Assembly: GCA_010015585.1 (NCBI GenBank)
Contig: ML975157.1
Origin: Eremomyces bilateralis CBS 781.70
Lineage: Eukaryota
Strand: one strand, 5' to 3'
DNA length: 64,000 nucleotides
Made by a program: the position numbers and the translations under genes. The notes under the pieces are model-generated. The model did no database searches, had not been told where the DNA came from, and saw only the letters and a list, made by a program, of their open reading frames with translations. Below are positions 1 through 11,318 of the stretch, one piece after another (position 1 is the stretch's first letter; each line of letters starts with the position of its first letter).

Positions 1-827
1 GCGAGCACGCGGATGAAGTACCGGGATTGCGCCGGTCGTTCGACGCTGCCGTCCGGATTCGTCAATGCCGACATCGTAGTCTTCTCGCGCACCTGACCGA
101 CGGTCCGGTCGCCGGAAGGGAGGAGGACAATCACGGTCTCGCCGGGGAAGAAGTCTTCCTTGAACTCATCATACGCCAGTGTCACTGCAAGGGTGTATTA
201 GTCTTGCCATTACCCTAGAAAACCCATGTCAACCCACCTAAATCATCGATTCTGGAGATTGTCGAGAACTGGACCCGGCGCAGAACGGGCTCGCGAAGCG
301 GCTCGGGGAAATTGTCGTCGACGATGCGTGTCTCTTCCATCTGTAGCACGGTCAGACGTGGGTGGCCATTTTGGGCGGGGCAACCGACCTCGCTCTCCAG
401 CGCATCGAAGAAGCTGAGTCCGGAACGGCCGGTAATCTCGCAGGTGAATTTCTTCTATAATAATGGTTAGAGACATAATACAGTGAAAAAGAGGGTATGG
501 ACCACGCGTACTTGGAGGTAGAAATCGCGCCTGGAGGGGGATGTATTAGCCACTTTCTCTCTCCCACCACCTCATCGCATGCGAACGCACCTCTGTAGAT
601 ATGCCTCATAATCACGAAAGATTTCCCCCGTCTGCTGAATAAAGAACACCTAACCACACATTAGCCCTCCATGCATCTCCACACCTGCTATGAGCTCCGC
701 ACCTCGTCATTCTCTTTCAGCCGCTTGGGGTGCGGCACGTATTGCACCGGCTTCCTTTTGAATTGAACCTAGCGAACCCCATCAGCAACAGTCCTTCACC
801 GCGTCCCGTCTGCACTTCGCTCACCAT
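1..827 (-). CDS. ITC1: ISWI-complex subunit Itc1/ACF1-like WAC-domain protein, 5' part (runs off the window start)
   Basis: Manual splicing gives M|VQFKRKPVQYVPHPKRLKENDE|VFFIQQTGEIFRDYEAYLQR|RDFYLQ|KKFTCEITGRSGLSFFDALESE|MEETRIVDDNFPEPLREPVLRRVQFSTISRIDDL|...YDEFKEDFFPGE, a typical WAC domain. The first coding exon is only the ATG (825-827). Confidence 0.85.
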
Positions 828-2294
828 CCTCGCCTAGTCTCCCATACGACTCCCCAACAGCGAGCGAGCCTCCTGCAAGCCCGCCCCGCTGCTGAAGGAG
901 CTTCTACGCGCACGATCCCGCGCGGTCTCGAATGCGACGCGTCCTCCTGGCGTGTCGCAAACGCCTTTATGTCGTGTCTCGATGTCTCTCGCCCGTCCGA
1001 ACCGGTCTGGGTAAGATTGCGTGGATGGCAACTCGTCCGGTTCGCGTGGTGGTCGGGTCGGGTCGAAGGTGGGCAAACGGCGGTCCGCAACGGGGCAATA
1101 TCAAACGCGTCTTTCCAATCTCGGTCGACGTGTCGCGGGGTGTTGGCGGAAATGGAGGGGTGGATGGTGGAAGATGTGCGGTCGACGGGGTGGAGGGATC
1201 GGGAGGTGGAAAGGTACGCCTGGGAAGATTGGAGAAGAGGAAGAGAAAATGGCGAGAGGAATGGTGTTGGGTCATGGGCGGCGGCTTGGGTGGTTCCAGG
1301 TGGATACGGTACAGGAATCATGGAGGTGCAAGGGTCTCCCTCGCATGGTGAATGACGAAAGTGAAGGAGAATGCTCGTTCACGTTCGCGATAAATCCTCA
1401 TAGCAGAATACAGCAACGGTCAAATCATATTAGTACATAGTTGGTATGCTTCTCATTCAGATGCAGCTATAATAAGGCGCATTCAATTAGGTTTAACGCA
1501 TTCAATTGCACATGAATATTATTACGTCCATCCGACCAAAGTACCAGGAACATCGGCACTAGTCGCTTTAGGAAAGGTGCTTCGCCTTAGTCATGCGGAG
1601 CCACAACGGTTAGGACAACCTCACCACTCCACCAAACCGCCAACCTGCCGGTGAGCTGTGAAGTGTGAACTGCCTGGGGCTGTTGAGCGGCCTTTGGTCG
1701 TGGGAAATGCCAACTGGAAACATCTACTGAAGCGCAAAAAGCAATCTTCTTACTGAAAGATTGGATGCATCCTTCAGATCATGGTATTATATGCAGGGAT
1801 CAGATCACATCAACTATCTGCTATGCCATCAAGTACAGCTCTTTTAACAGCAACCACCACGACTGGGACTCGGGTAGACAATTTCACTTCTATCCGTGAA
1901 CAACGCGAATCACATACGCAATGGGGAAATCATGTGTCACCCAAGTTTTGTCTCATTTAACTATCCATCCTAGTTTACAGATATGCTGATTGGAAACCTG
2001 TCGAGTAGCTGGGGGAAAAGCATGCCGTTCATATTTGTGTTTGCTGATCTGCTGTCCTCCTGCATCGCCAAGCAAGGCAGACCGTGAGGGTAGGAAATGC
2101 AGCATATGGTGTTTTGGTGGATCATGTGCTGCGAAAACTCCGGAAACATCACTCTCCAACCTGGTCGGAGCGTAGCGTTGGGGGTACCATGTGGGTGATC
2201 TGTGGGAAATTGACTGGGAGTGGGGAAAAGGGGACTGGGTGACGAGCGCTTGGATGGAAGCTGAGACTTGACATGTCGAGCACCGACGATGACC

Positions 2295-3529
2295 CTACGC
2301 AGTGGCAGTGGCCGGGGCCTCGGTCGGGGCATCGGCGGTGGCAGTGGCCTCAGGCTCAACGTTCTCGCCGGCGGCTACCTGCTCACCGTTGAGATCGTCG
2401 TCCTCCTTGCCGGGGCTATCGATGGCAACCTTGACGGCAATCTCACGGCCTTCGATCTCCTTGCCGTTCATCTCATCACAAGCCTTCTGCTGCATCTCTT
2501 CGGTGGCCAGGGTGACGAAGCCGAAGCCACGTCCCTTGCGGGGCTCGCCACGGGCCTGGAGCTTCTTGACCATGAAGCGCGGGATCGGGCGAAGCGCAAT
2601 CTTGGCGGAGGACGGGGAGTACTCCGCGAAGATCTCCATCAGCTAGTGAGACGGGTTAGCGATTTCAAATGTTGGAACGTGACATCATGGCGAACCTTAT
2701 CCTCGCGCAGGTCATATGGCAAGTTGGCGACCATGACCTTGGTCTTGGATGGGACACCGTCCTCCGGGGGGCCACGCTGCTTGCGCTCCCTGGGGACTCG
2801 CGGCTTGCCAGCGTTCTCGGCATCGATAGCCTCGCCCTCGGTACCCTTGGATTCTGTGAGTGCTGTGTTCGTGACGTCGGTGAGAGGAAGGACTTGTCCG
2901 GGTACATTTTGGGGGCCGCCTTCAGTGGTGATGACTTCGCCAGCCTCATTGCGGACCTGGATGACATTAGTCGACAATCTGATGAAGTGAGTGGGTCAGA
3001 CTTACGGTTCGACCACCACGGGCCGCACGACCTCCACGGCCACGTGCACGACCACGTCCGCGCTGGGACGAACGACGAGTACCATCTTCGCCAATGGCGC
3101 CCTCGCCAGCCGGCTCAGGCTTGCGCGCAAGCTGAATGGACACCTTGCGATCCAAGATGGATTGTCCATTAAGCTCCGCGATGGCACGTTCAGCCTCGGA
3201 AGGAGTCGACAGGTCGACAAAGGCATAGCCAACGGGACGTTGGGTCCTGGGGTTGGTCGGGATGGAAGTCGACTCACTAGCAAAGAACGATAAGCAACAG
3301 ATCTGGAAACATCAGTGAGGGGAGCAACTTACACCAGGTAGTCCTTGAAGAACTCCTTCAACTCCTCCTCGGTGGTCGCATATGCGAGATTCCCAATGTA
3401 GAGGCGCCTTCCCTCGGCGGCGCTGGCGATGACGGCTTCATCCTTGGAAGCGTCAATATGATCGCCATTGGCCTTTTCGATGGAGGCGGTTGCCAACTGG
3501 GCGGTAACAGCTTCGACAGCGGCGGACAT
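2295..3529 (-). CDS. Two-RRM, RGG-box RNA-binding protein (Sbp1-like), 4 exons
   Basis: RRM1 has RLYIGNLAY and VGYAFVDL. The linker is RGRGRARGRGGRAARGGR. RRM2 has VMVANLPY and KGRGFGFVTL. ORF pieces 3329-3529, 2967-3155, 2639-2977 and 2295-2639 join through GT-AG introns. Confidence 0.85.
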
Positions 3530-4537
3530 GTTGATTAACGTTTATGGATTTTCTGACACGAGATTCTGAAAGAACTGGATTATGGATCTGCTGCTTCGGG
3601 GATGAAGGAGCAGGGTTCAGGAGCCGTGTGGAAGGTTGAGGAAACGGGGTTGTCCTGGTAGAGCCGAAATGGTCTGCCTGGTAAAGGGAGGATTGAGAAG
3701 GTGGTCTGGATGGATTGTCCGAAGAGACCGCCGCAAGCAGGGTGGGAAAAGGCTTGTCGAGGAGGAGTTGGAATTTGAGTGGGTAGCTAGGTGCCCGAAG
3801 GAAACTTGAAGAGCAGAAGTAGAAACTGGCGAATCAGCAAAGTTGTACTGGATCTTGGATGATGGAAGAGAAAGGGGAGAAGGAGAGCGAGAGGCGGAAG
3901 GGCGACTGAAATAATAATTCGGTGTTGTTTGGAGAGGGAGTGTGCGCACGGGCCTTAATGTGGCTGGAGGGAAGGGCGAGTCAGCGAGTGATTGGTGGTT
4001 TCTGTTAGGGGCGGCTGCACTCGCCACAGTCCACAGGAGCACGCGTGCGTCAGAGTGAAGGCGGCGATTCAGGCAGGAATCCAGGCCGACAGGGAAGCTA
4101 CGTCGAGATTCTGCGGGTCTGTGGGTCAATTATGGATTTGGTTCTTGTCACGTGCTATTACCCTCATTGCCCCCGTACCCCCAAAAAACCTGAGGCTGCA
4201 AGGCCACAACTTTTTGCCATCCTCACTAACTAGCCATGCGCCATAATTAGTATTGCTGTGGAGATAATATTCCGTAATTACGGATACAGCAGATCTAGTT
4301 TTAGAGGGCGTCTATAAGATCTAATTGGAGGATTGCAGTATTGACTATCCGCTTCTAGTCATTATGGCATGACAGAATACCGCCCTACTCGCTGCCCTAC
4401 GTCAACTGCAGCTTCACAAGATGGTTTCCGCCGTCATTGCTCCATGAGCACAATAGCAAAACTGCAAAAGGAGCTGCAGAAGGAATTGAACCGCTGCGCG
4501 TGTTGATTGGGACTACGTGACCGTGGGTCCCATCGTG

Positions 4538-6691
4538 ATGACTTCATCAGAAGACCTTCTCCGCAATCGCACTGCCCTCATCCTCTATGGCTCAGAGACC
4601 GGAAATGCCCACGATGTCGCCGAGCAAATCCGCGACACCGCCGAACGCCTACGGTTCAGCAGTCATCTATGCGAACTGGACAGTATTAATCTGGTTCGAC
4701 ACCTTCCCGACCACCGCATTGATTGTCCGGAGTTGACCGATCACAGAACGACCTCCTAAAACACCAGGTCGTCCTCTTCGCCATTTCCACCACCGGCCAG
4801 GGCGACTTGCCCGCCAACGCCCAGAAATTCTGGCGCTCGCTCCGCAGCGCCCGGCTCAAGCCGGGATGTCTCTACCCGCTTCAATTTATCTCCTTTGGGC
4901 TAGGAGACACTTCCTATCCGAAGTGAGTGCTCCCTGCCGCGTTGTGAAGTAGTTGGTGGTCGTTGACGAAGGCAGGTTCAATTGGGCGCATCGGAAGCTG
5001 CGCAATCGCCTCACGCAACTGGGCGCAATCGCGCTCTATGATAGAGGGGAGTCGGATGAGCAGCACCCCGAAGGGTGCGTAGACTCCTAACATGATGGAT
5101 TTGGGATGATCGAGTTCTGACGGATCTTTTCAGGGTGGATGGAACATTTGTTCCCTGGTTGACTGGCCTCCGCAGTACGCTCCTAGAGCTGTTTCCTCTC
5201 CCTAACGGAGTGGACGCGATACCCGATCAAGTGCTGTTGCAGCCGAAGTGGTTGTTGGCTCTGGATGATGCACCCGAGAGCACGACGAACAGAAAGGCAA
5301 ATTTCTTAGTGTCTGATCTACTGCCCATTACAGGGAGTGTGCCGGTGGAAGTGGTCTCCAATGATCGTGTCACTCCGGACGACCATTGGCAAGATGTTCG
5401 ACACCTGATTCTTTCTACTGACGAACAGTATGAGTATGGTCCAGGAGACGTTTTGGCGATTCAGCCCCAGAATTTCGCTGAGGACGTCTCCCGTCTCCTA
5501 GAGCTGTTAGGTTGGTCATCCATTGCCGACAAGTCCCTTAAATTCATTCCGAATGGTTCCATCCCACTCCCACCAAATTATCCACCGCCACCCATCCGCA
5601 CCGATTCCCTCATGACCCTCCGCACGCTTCTCACCTCCTACCTCGACCCCATCTCGATCCCCCGTCGTACATTCTTTGCCCTCCTAGCGCACTTCACCGA
5701 CGATCCCGACCACCAGGAGCGTCTCCTCGAATTCGCCGATCCAATCAACCTAGACGATCTATACGACTACACGACCCGCCCCCGTCGCTCCATCTTAGAG
5801 TCTCTCGCCGACTTCCCGTCCTTGAAACTCCCATGGGAATGGGCATGCGCGGTCTTCCCGCCCCTCCGACAGAGGCAGTTCAGTATCGCGAGTGGCGGCC
5901 AGCTCAAGTATCTGCAATCACAGGGACATGTTCCGGCAGGTGTTGCGAGCACCGGAACGCGGTTTGAGCTTTTGGTGGCGATCGTGAAGTACAAGACTGT
6001 GATCCGTCGCATACGAGAAGGTGTCTGTACGAGATACATTTCGTCCCTGCCGCCAGGATACAAACTCAACGTGGTGCTGCAAAAGGGTTCGTTGGCCATC
6101 AAGCCGGATGAACTGATGCAGAGACCGTTAATTATGGTCGGGCCGGGCACGGGAGTGGCGCCATGTCGGAGCCTGATCTGGGAGAAGCAGGCACTCCTTG
6201 CGAATCATAACAATGGTAACTCAGGTCTCTTGAAGACAAATGATGTGCTATTCTTTGGTTGTCGAAACGAAAGGTCGGATTATTTCTTTGGGGCAGAATG
6301 GCAGCGGATGAAGGAGCGGGGTGTTTTGGACGTCTTCGCAGCGTTCTCAAGGGACCAGGTAAACCAGGTCGCATTCCATGGCCGAAATATGCTAACAACG
6401 ACACAGAGGCAGAAAGTCTATGTGCAGGACCTTATCCGTGAGCAAGGCGAGCTAGTATACAAGCTTCTGGAAGAATGCAACGGGTTAATATACATCTGCG
6501 GGTAAGTTCTCCGTTCCTTTTGCGCACGACCAAAGCTCACGCTTCCAAGGTCATCTGGGAAAATGCCCCAAGCTATTCGAGAGGCACTGATAGAAGTGTT
6601 TCAGCGAGGAAACGCGCGATCTCGAGAAGAGGCGGAGGCAGTTCTGGTAAGGATGGAGAAAGAGGGACGATACAAACAGGAAACCTGGTAG
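4538..6691 (+). CDS. TAH18: NADPH-dependent diflavin oxidoreductase (Tah18/NDOR1), multi-exon
   Basis: Flavodoxin motifs LYGSETGNA, STTGQG and FGLGDTSYPKFN. FAD motif RQFSIAS, NADPH motifs MVGPGTGVAP and FFGCRN, and C-terminal RYKQETW* ending at 6691. Confidence 0.93.
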
Positions 6692-7236
6692 CTTGTTTGT
6701 GGCGAGGGAGAACAAGTTAAATAGAGATAGATGTACAACGGCAAATAGATGTTCGATCCTGATATCTAGGTGCCTGGCACATTTTTGTTTGATCTAATAC
6801 CTCCCATCCACAACCAGCTGATTCCAGTCATCAGGATGGTTAATATATTTCCTGTAAGTTACCATATGTGATGATGTTCGTGAGACCCACTTATTAACCT
6901 TAATTCGTGCATGCGATTGCGGCGTCTGACCAACGCTGCTCTCATTGGACCATTTGATACAATCCTCCCCCCTCCAACATCAGCGCTTCTATGCAAGTCA
7001 ACACTCTTCACAAATGTTCAATAATTCTACATCCAACCGCTGTGTGGTTATCCTTGAAGGATCTACATACTGAGTATTGAGGTACTCGGGGCTTTGGATT
7101 TTTCATAATAGAGTCAAATTCGACACCTGAGGCTCTTGCTCGGCTCTACGGTTATCCGGTGATGACCTGGCCCATCATCTAATTGCTTCGTCGGAGCAAG
7201 AATCTCGGACTGTTTATAGAAGGCAATCTAGTCATC

Positions 7237-9948
7237 ATGGGCACATTGACCGCCGGTCTCCCTCGCCTCGAGGAACATTGCCCTCATAAACTCCCCTCCT
7301 CCTGCCGACTTACCGCGACGCCGCGATGCTGCGCCTGTGACGACCGGCGACCCCATGCGGGATCATACCGCATCTACGTGGATGGGGTGGGATTCGTCTA
7401 CCGAGGGACGCGGTGGCAGAATTACTGTTGGTTTTGTAAAGGTTAGTCGCGAACTATTCTCAGCATCGATCCCTTGACTGCCGTTCTGTTCGTTCCCATG
7501 CCCGGTATTGCTCAGGATATCGTCCGCACCATAGGATGGATGACACTCGAGCGTGGATGGGAGTCGGGTTGACGTTCGTGCCACGCCATATGAGGGTAAT
7601 CAGTTGATACATAGCGTTTCTCCTATCCGGTACCTTGTTCCATGCACTTCTCCTTCACATTGATTTCCTTCCCGGTCGACTGCGTTCCTAGGCCTGGCTC
7701 CATTGCTCACTTGCCCGACTGCCGCATGGAGGCATTGATCGGTTTGACAAGTCAGATAAACTAGGCAGTTCTTGGTTGAATGCCATCATCAAGAGGATCG
7801 ATCCCAGTACACCAGTAGGATCGAGCTTGCATCGCTCCATGAATACTTATCAGCCGTCCCAGCCAGCTCATGTGAAATATATCTTTGAGCACCAGTTAAT
7901 ACACTCAGCCTGCATGGACCCCTCTAGGCACACTTCTCGTTAATCAGCTATCAACTCATGTGATGATGGTTTCGCTTACTGATGTCTTCACATAGTCTTT
8001 TGGGAAAACCGAGTTGCTGCCGCCCATCCTCGAGTGACCCCAAGTCTATCAAGGATTCCAGAATACCCCGATCAATCCGAGTTCTTGACTGCATGGTTCG
8101 AATTTCACCAGGGATACAGTGTGAGAACCGGTCCAAACGGAGACCAAACCCGCCATCCAATCCTTGGGGAATCCTTAGAAGACGTTTCTCCTGGACTTCT
8201 TCCACGAACTCTAGCAGAAATTCATACTGCACGACATAACGTCAACATGGATGCACCTCGACCGGATCTTCACCAAGATCAAATTATCAATGCCGCGGAA
8301 GAACCGAGCGTTTCAATCGAAGATACACTTGACCAGCTGATGTTAGAAGCCGATGGTGAATCACACCCTCAAACCTCAGGCACTAACACTTCAACATCTT
8401 CTGGACAACCTTCTTCCCACAACAGCTCGTCTGCCGCTCAACATTCCATGAATCCCAACACTACAACCAACGACGGTGTAAATCACCCCTCTCGCCGAGA
8501 AGACCGCCATCTCCGCCAGCTCCGTCAGCGGTTAACATCACTCCTCAGTCGCTCTCAGTCTTTACGCCATTCCATATCCATCACGGCCGCCTTCCCCGAT
8601 ATTGAGCAGGTAATCGAACAACTGAACCCATCCGAGATGGATTCCGACCAGTTGAATGAAGCCATGAACCGGCTGGAAATAGCCACTGTTCAACCCGACC
8701 GCAACCAGCAGCAGATGGCACGTGTCTTCGGCACGCGTGAAGATGTACAGTCGGATACTTACGTGAGTCCGATTACGGATATGTTTTCTAGGGCATATGC
8801 TCGATACCAAGATGCTGAAGCGCAACGTCAGGACGGTGAACCATCGACTTCACCAACTAACACTCAAGCTGCAACGCCTCCGTCAACTTCTGCCGTCACC
8901 AATGCCTCCAACACGGGCAATGGGGCAGCGACTACCCACGGTCCTAATCCATTCGACCCTCGAGTTGGCTACGATGAAATCGCCCGAATGATCGAACGGT
9001 TGGATGCGAGGGCGGAGAACTTCCTCGGTTCATCAACTGTCACTCCTTCACGAGCCGCTGATATCCCAGCAATGCCCGCCCTTGACCATCGCCCTTTGTT
9101 TGCGAGCATGCGTCGCGCGCGGATTGCTGCGTCCGGGAGCACTTCAAGTGTAATCTCCAATGCCGCCTCGAGTGCCACCCCTAACGTGACCTCTGATCCT
9201 ACCTCCGCTACTCCCTCCAGCGTGACCTCAACCACCACAACCATCCTCAACCGAGAAGGAGTCGAAGCATTTGCTACCCTGGATGCCCGTCGACGAGAGT
9301 TGCAGAACAGGCTGTCGGAGCGAACGGCTGGGTCTGCCGAGCTTACGCGACAATCTGAGCTGCTTCGGCAGTACGGTGACGGCCTTAACGGCATTTCCGA
9401 CCAGTGGATGCAGCAATACCTGGAGATATATCGGCAACAGCGCGACCTAAATCGTCGACACGATACTACCTCCAGCGCACCGGTCCTGGGACTCGACGAC
9501 GACAAGGCCCGACCGCCCCCAAAGTCCGATGAGCAGATGACCGTGACGCTCTGCTGCCGTGTCTGCCTCACGCAGATGGCGGATATCGTTCTACTACCCT
9601 GCGGTCACCTTGTTCTTTGCCAGTGGTGCGCGAAGCTGATGTACAAGACCCGCGACACCGATAGGACTATGCTCCTGGGAAAGAACCAGTGTCCGGTTTG
9701 CCGTCGTTCCATCAAGCGGAGGGTACGTTCTAACCACACCATCACACTTCCAACGTGACGAGTAACCTAGTTACTGACAGATAAGATAGGTACGAGTTTT
9801 CACTTCTGGCTTCGACACCGATGCGTCTGCCGAGGGTGATAGAGATGGGACTGAAGCTTTCTCTGCGCAGGATGGGAAGGTCAGAGCAAGCTCGGAAGAA
9901 GCTACGGCGGCAGCTGCTCCGAACGAGGGGTTGAACAGCGTCGACTGA
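7237..9948 (+). CDS. RING-finger (C3HC4-type) protein with a Cys/His-rich N-terminus and a disordered middle, 3 exons
   Basis: Exon 1 (7237-7441) encodes HCPH...CCAC...YCWFCK. A 554-nt intron (7442-7995) joins it in frame to ORF 8034-9758, which contains CRVC...LPCGHLVLCQWC...CPVCR. The last exon is 9790-9948. Confidence 0.78.
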
Positions 9949-10422
9949 AGGCACTCTCCATGTCAGCGGCATGGAACGCATGGATTTGCTGCTGGAGGGT
10001 TGATAATACATGGAAGGACGGAGGGCACCGGGGGATATTAGGCGTGGGACCACTACACGCGAAGGGTCGAGTTACGGCGAATCACGATTATGAAAGGGAT
10101 AGGGTACGGTTATGAAAATGCAATGCGTCTCTTAGAGCTAGCAAGTGCATTCTAAATTCAGCGGTCTATTACAATGCGATGCTCCACTTCCTCTGACTTG
10201 TGCTGATCTGTCTCCCACACGAGGTAATGATTCGCCTCAAAACGTCGATTCCAGGTTCTCTATCTAGTTCCAGGCGCGGTGCTTCCAGGTACGTCCTGGT
10301 AAGATATAGCATGGCTGGCGTGCCCGCTTCAGAGGGGTGTCGTTGGGACACTTCCGACGGTGTGGTGTGACACCGAATCGAACCGTTTGAATATAAGTAC
10401 GGGTAACTCGGGGTTAGATGGT

Positions 10423-11049
10423 TCAAGTCGCGAACAGAGTGTCCTCGTCTCTTAGGTATTCGCCATTATCCGCTTGTCTGAATGTCACGATGCCCGTGGG
10501 GTCTAAACGACGCGCATCCGCCGTCGCCTTCGCGGTGACACCGAAGCCCTATCATAGTTAATACCCATTCCCTAAGAAACCTGAGCGTGAAGAACGACTT
10601 ACCAATGGCGTATCATTCATCGCCATCACCACCACCCCCTGGTGCTCCGGACAATCCTCACTCCACCGCCCAACATGCGCCTTCAACACATTCCCCCCAT
10701 ACAAAAATGGCATCTCTCCGTTCGGCTTGACCCACACCTTATATCGCGCATGCGGCGCAATGATATCGAGCGCCGTGACATGCAGCCTGAACTTTCCGGT
10801 CTTGGTGAACTTCCCGATGCAGGTCCCTAGCGACAGGAGATTGTCGCGCGCGACGCTGGTGGCAAGGTTCGCGATCGATTCGCGCACGTAGTAGACGCGG
10901 CAGCCTTGGATGCGGAACACATGGCGGTCGGGTGTTTTGGAGTTGGGGGTGGTGATAGTTTCGGTGATGAGGTTGGTGAGGGATCGGCCGGTGTAGTTGG
11001 CGAGTTTGGTGAAGAGGGTTTGGGTTTCGGATTCTGTGAGGGGACGCAT
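10423..11049 (-). CDS. NIP7: 60S ribosome biogenesis protein Nip7 (PUA domain), 2 exons
   Basis: [21 protein letters not shown]...[19 protein letters not shown]...[11 protein letters not shown], spliced to GFGVTAK...[18 protein letters not shown]. Confidence 0.96.
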
Positions 11050-11318
11050 CTTGTAACGATAGGACTACGATTGTCTGAGATTCTTTCGGGGTGCTGTGAA
11101 GTTGTTCAGACTTCCGAAGGCGCATCACGATCTTCTGGTTCTGCTCATGAAAATTTAGGTGGGGAGGCACTGGGGCAAGTTTAACCGATAAGCTCGCGAA
11201 CTTTTGCCCTTTTGAGGTGGTGAAGGCCCTGCGTGTGGATCAGTCTCTCTCAAACTTCAGGCCGTCAAATTTATCGTCCTACAGGATTCACAAAACATCT
11301 CCATAACACAGCGGCACT
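11050..11318. promoter_or_regulatory. Bidirectional promoter of NIP7/NOC3 with an RRPE-like element
   Basis: 269 bp between divergent ATGs. TGAAAATTT at 11148-11156 resembles the yeast RRPE (TGAAAAWTTT). Confidence 0.55.

Noticed and set aside
4271..4284. Palindrome TCCGTAATTACGGA in the RRM/TAH18 divergent promoter
   Set aside because: A single occurrence with no second copy to support function.
6865..6930. GTGATGA...CTGA spaced like a C/D-box snoRNA
   Set aside because: No convincing terminal stem and no rRNA-complementary guide that I could recognise. It would need snoscan/Infernal.
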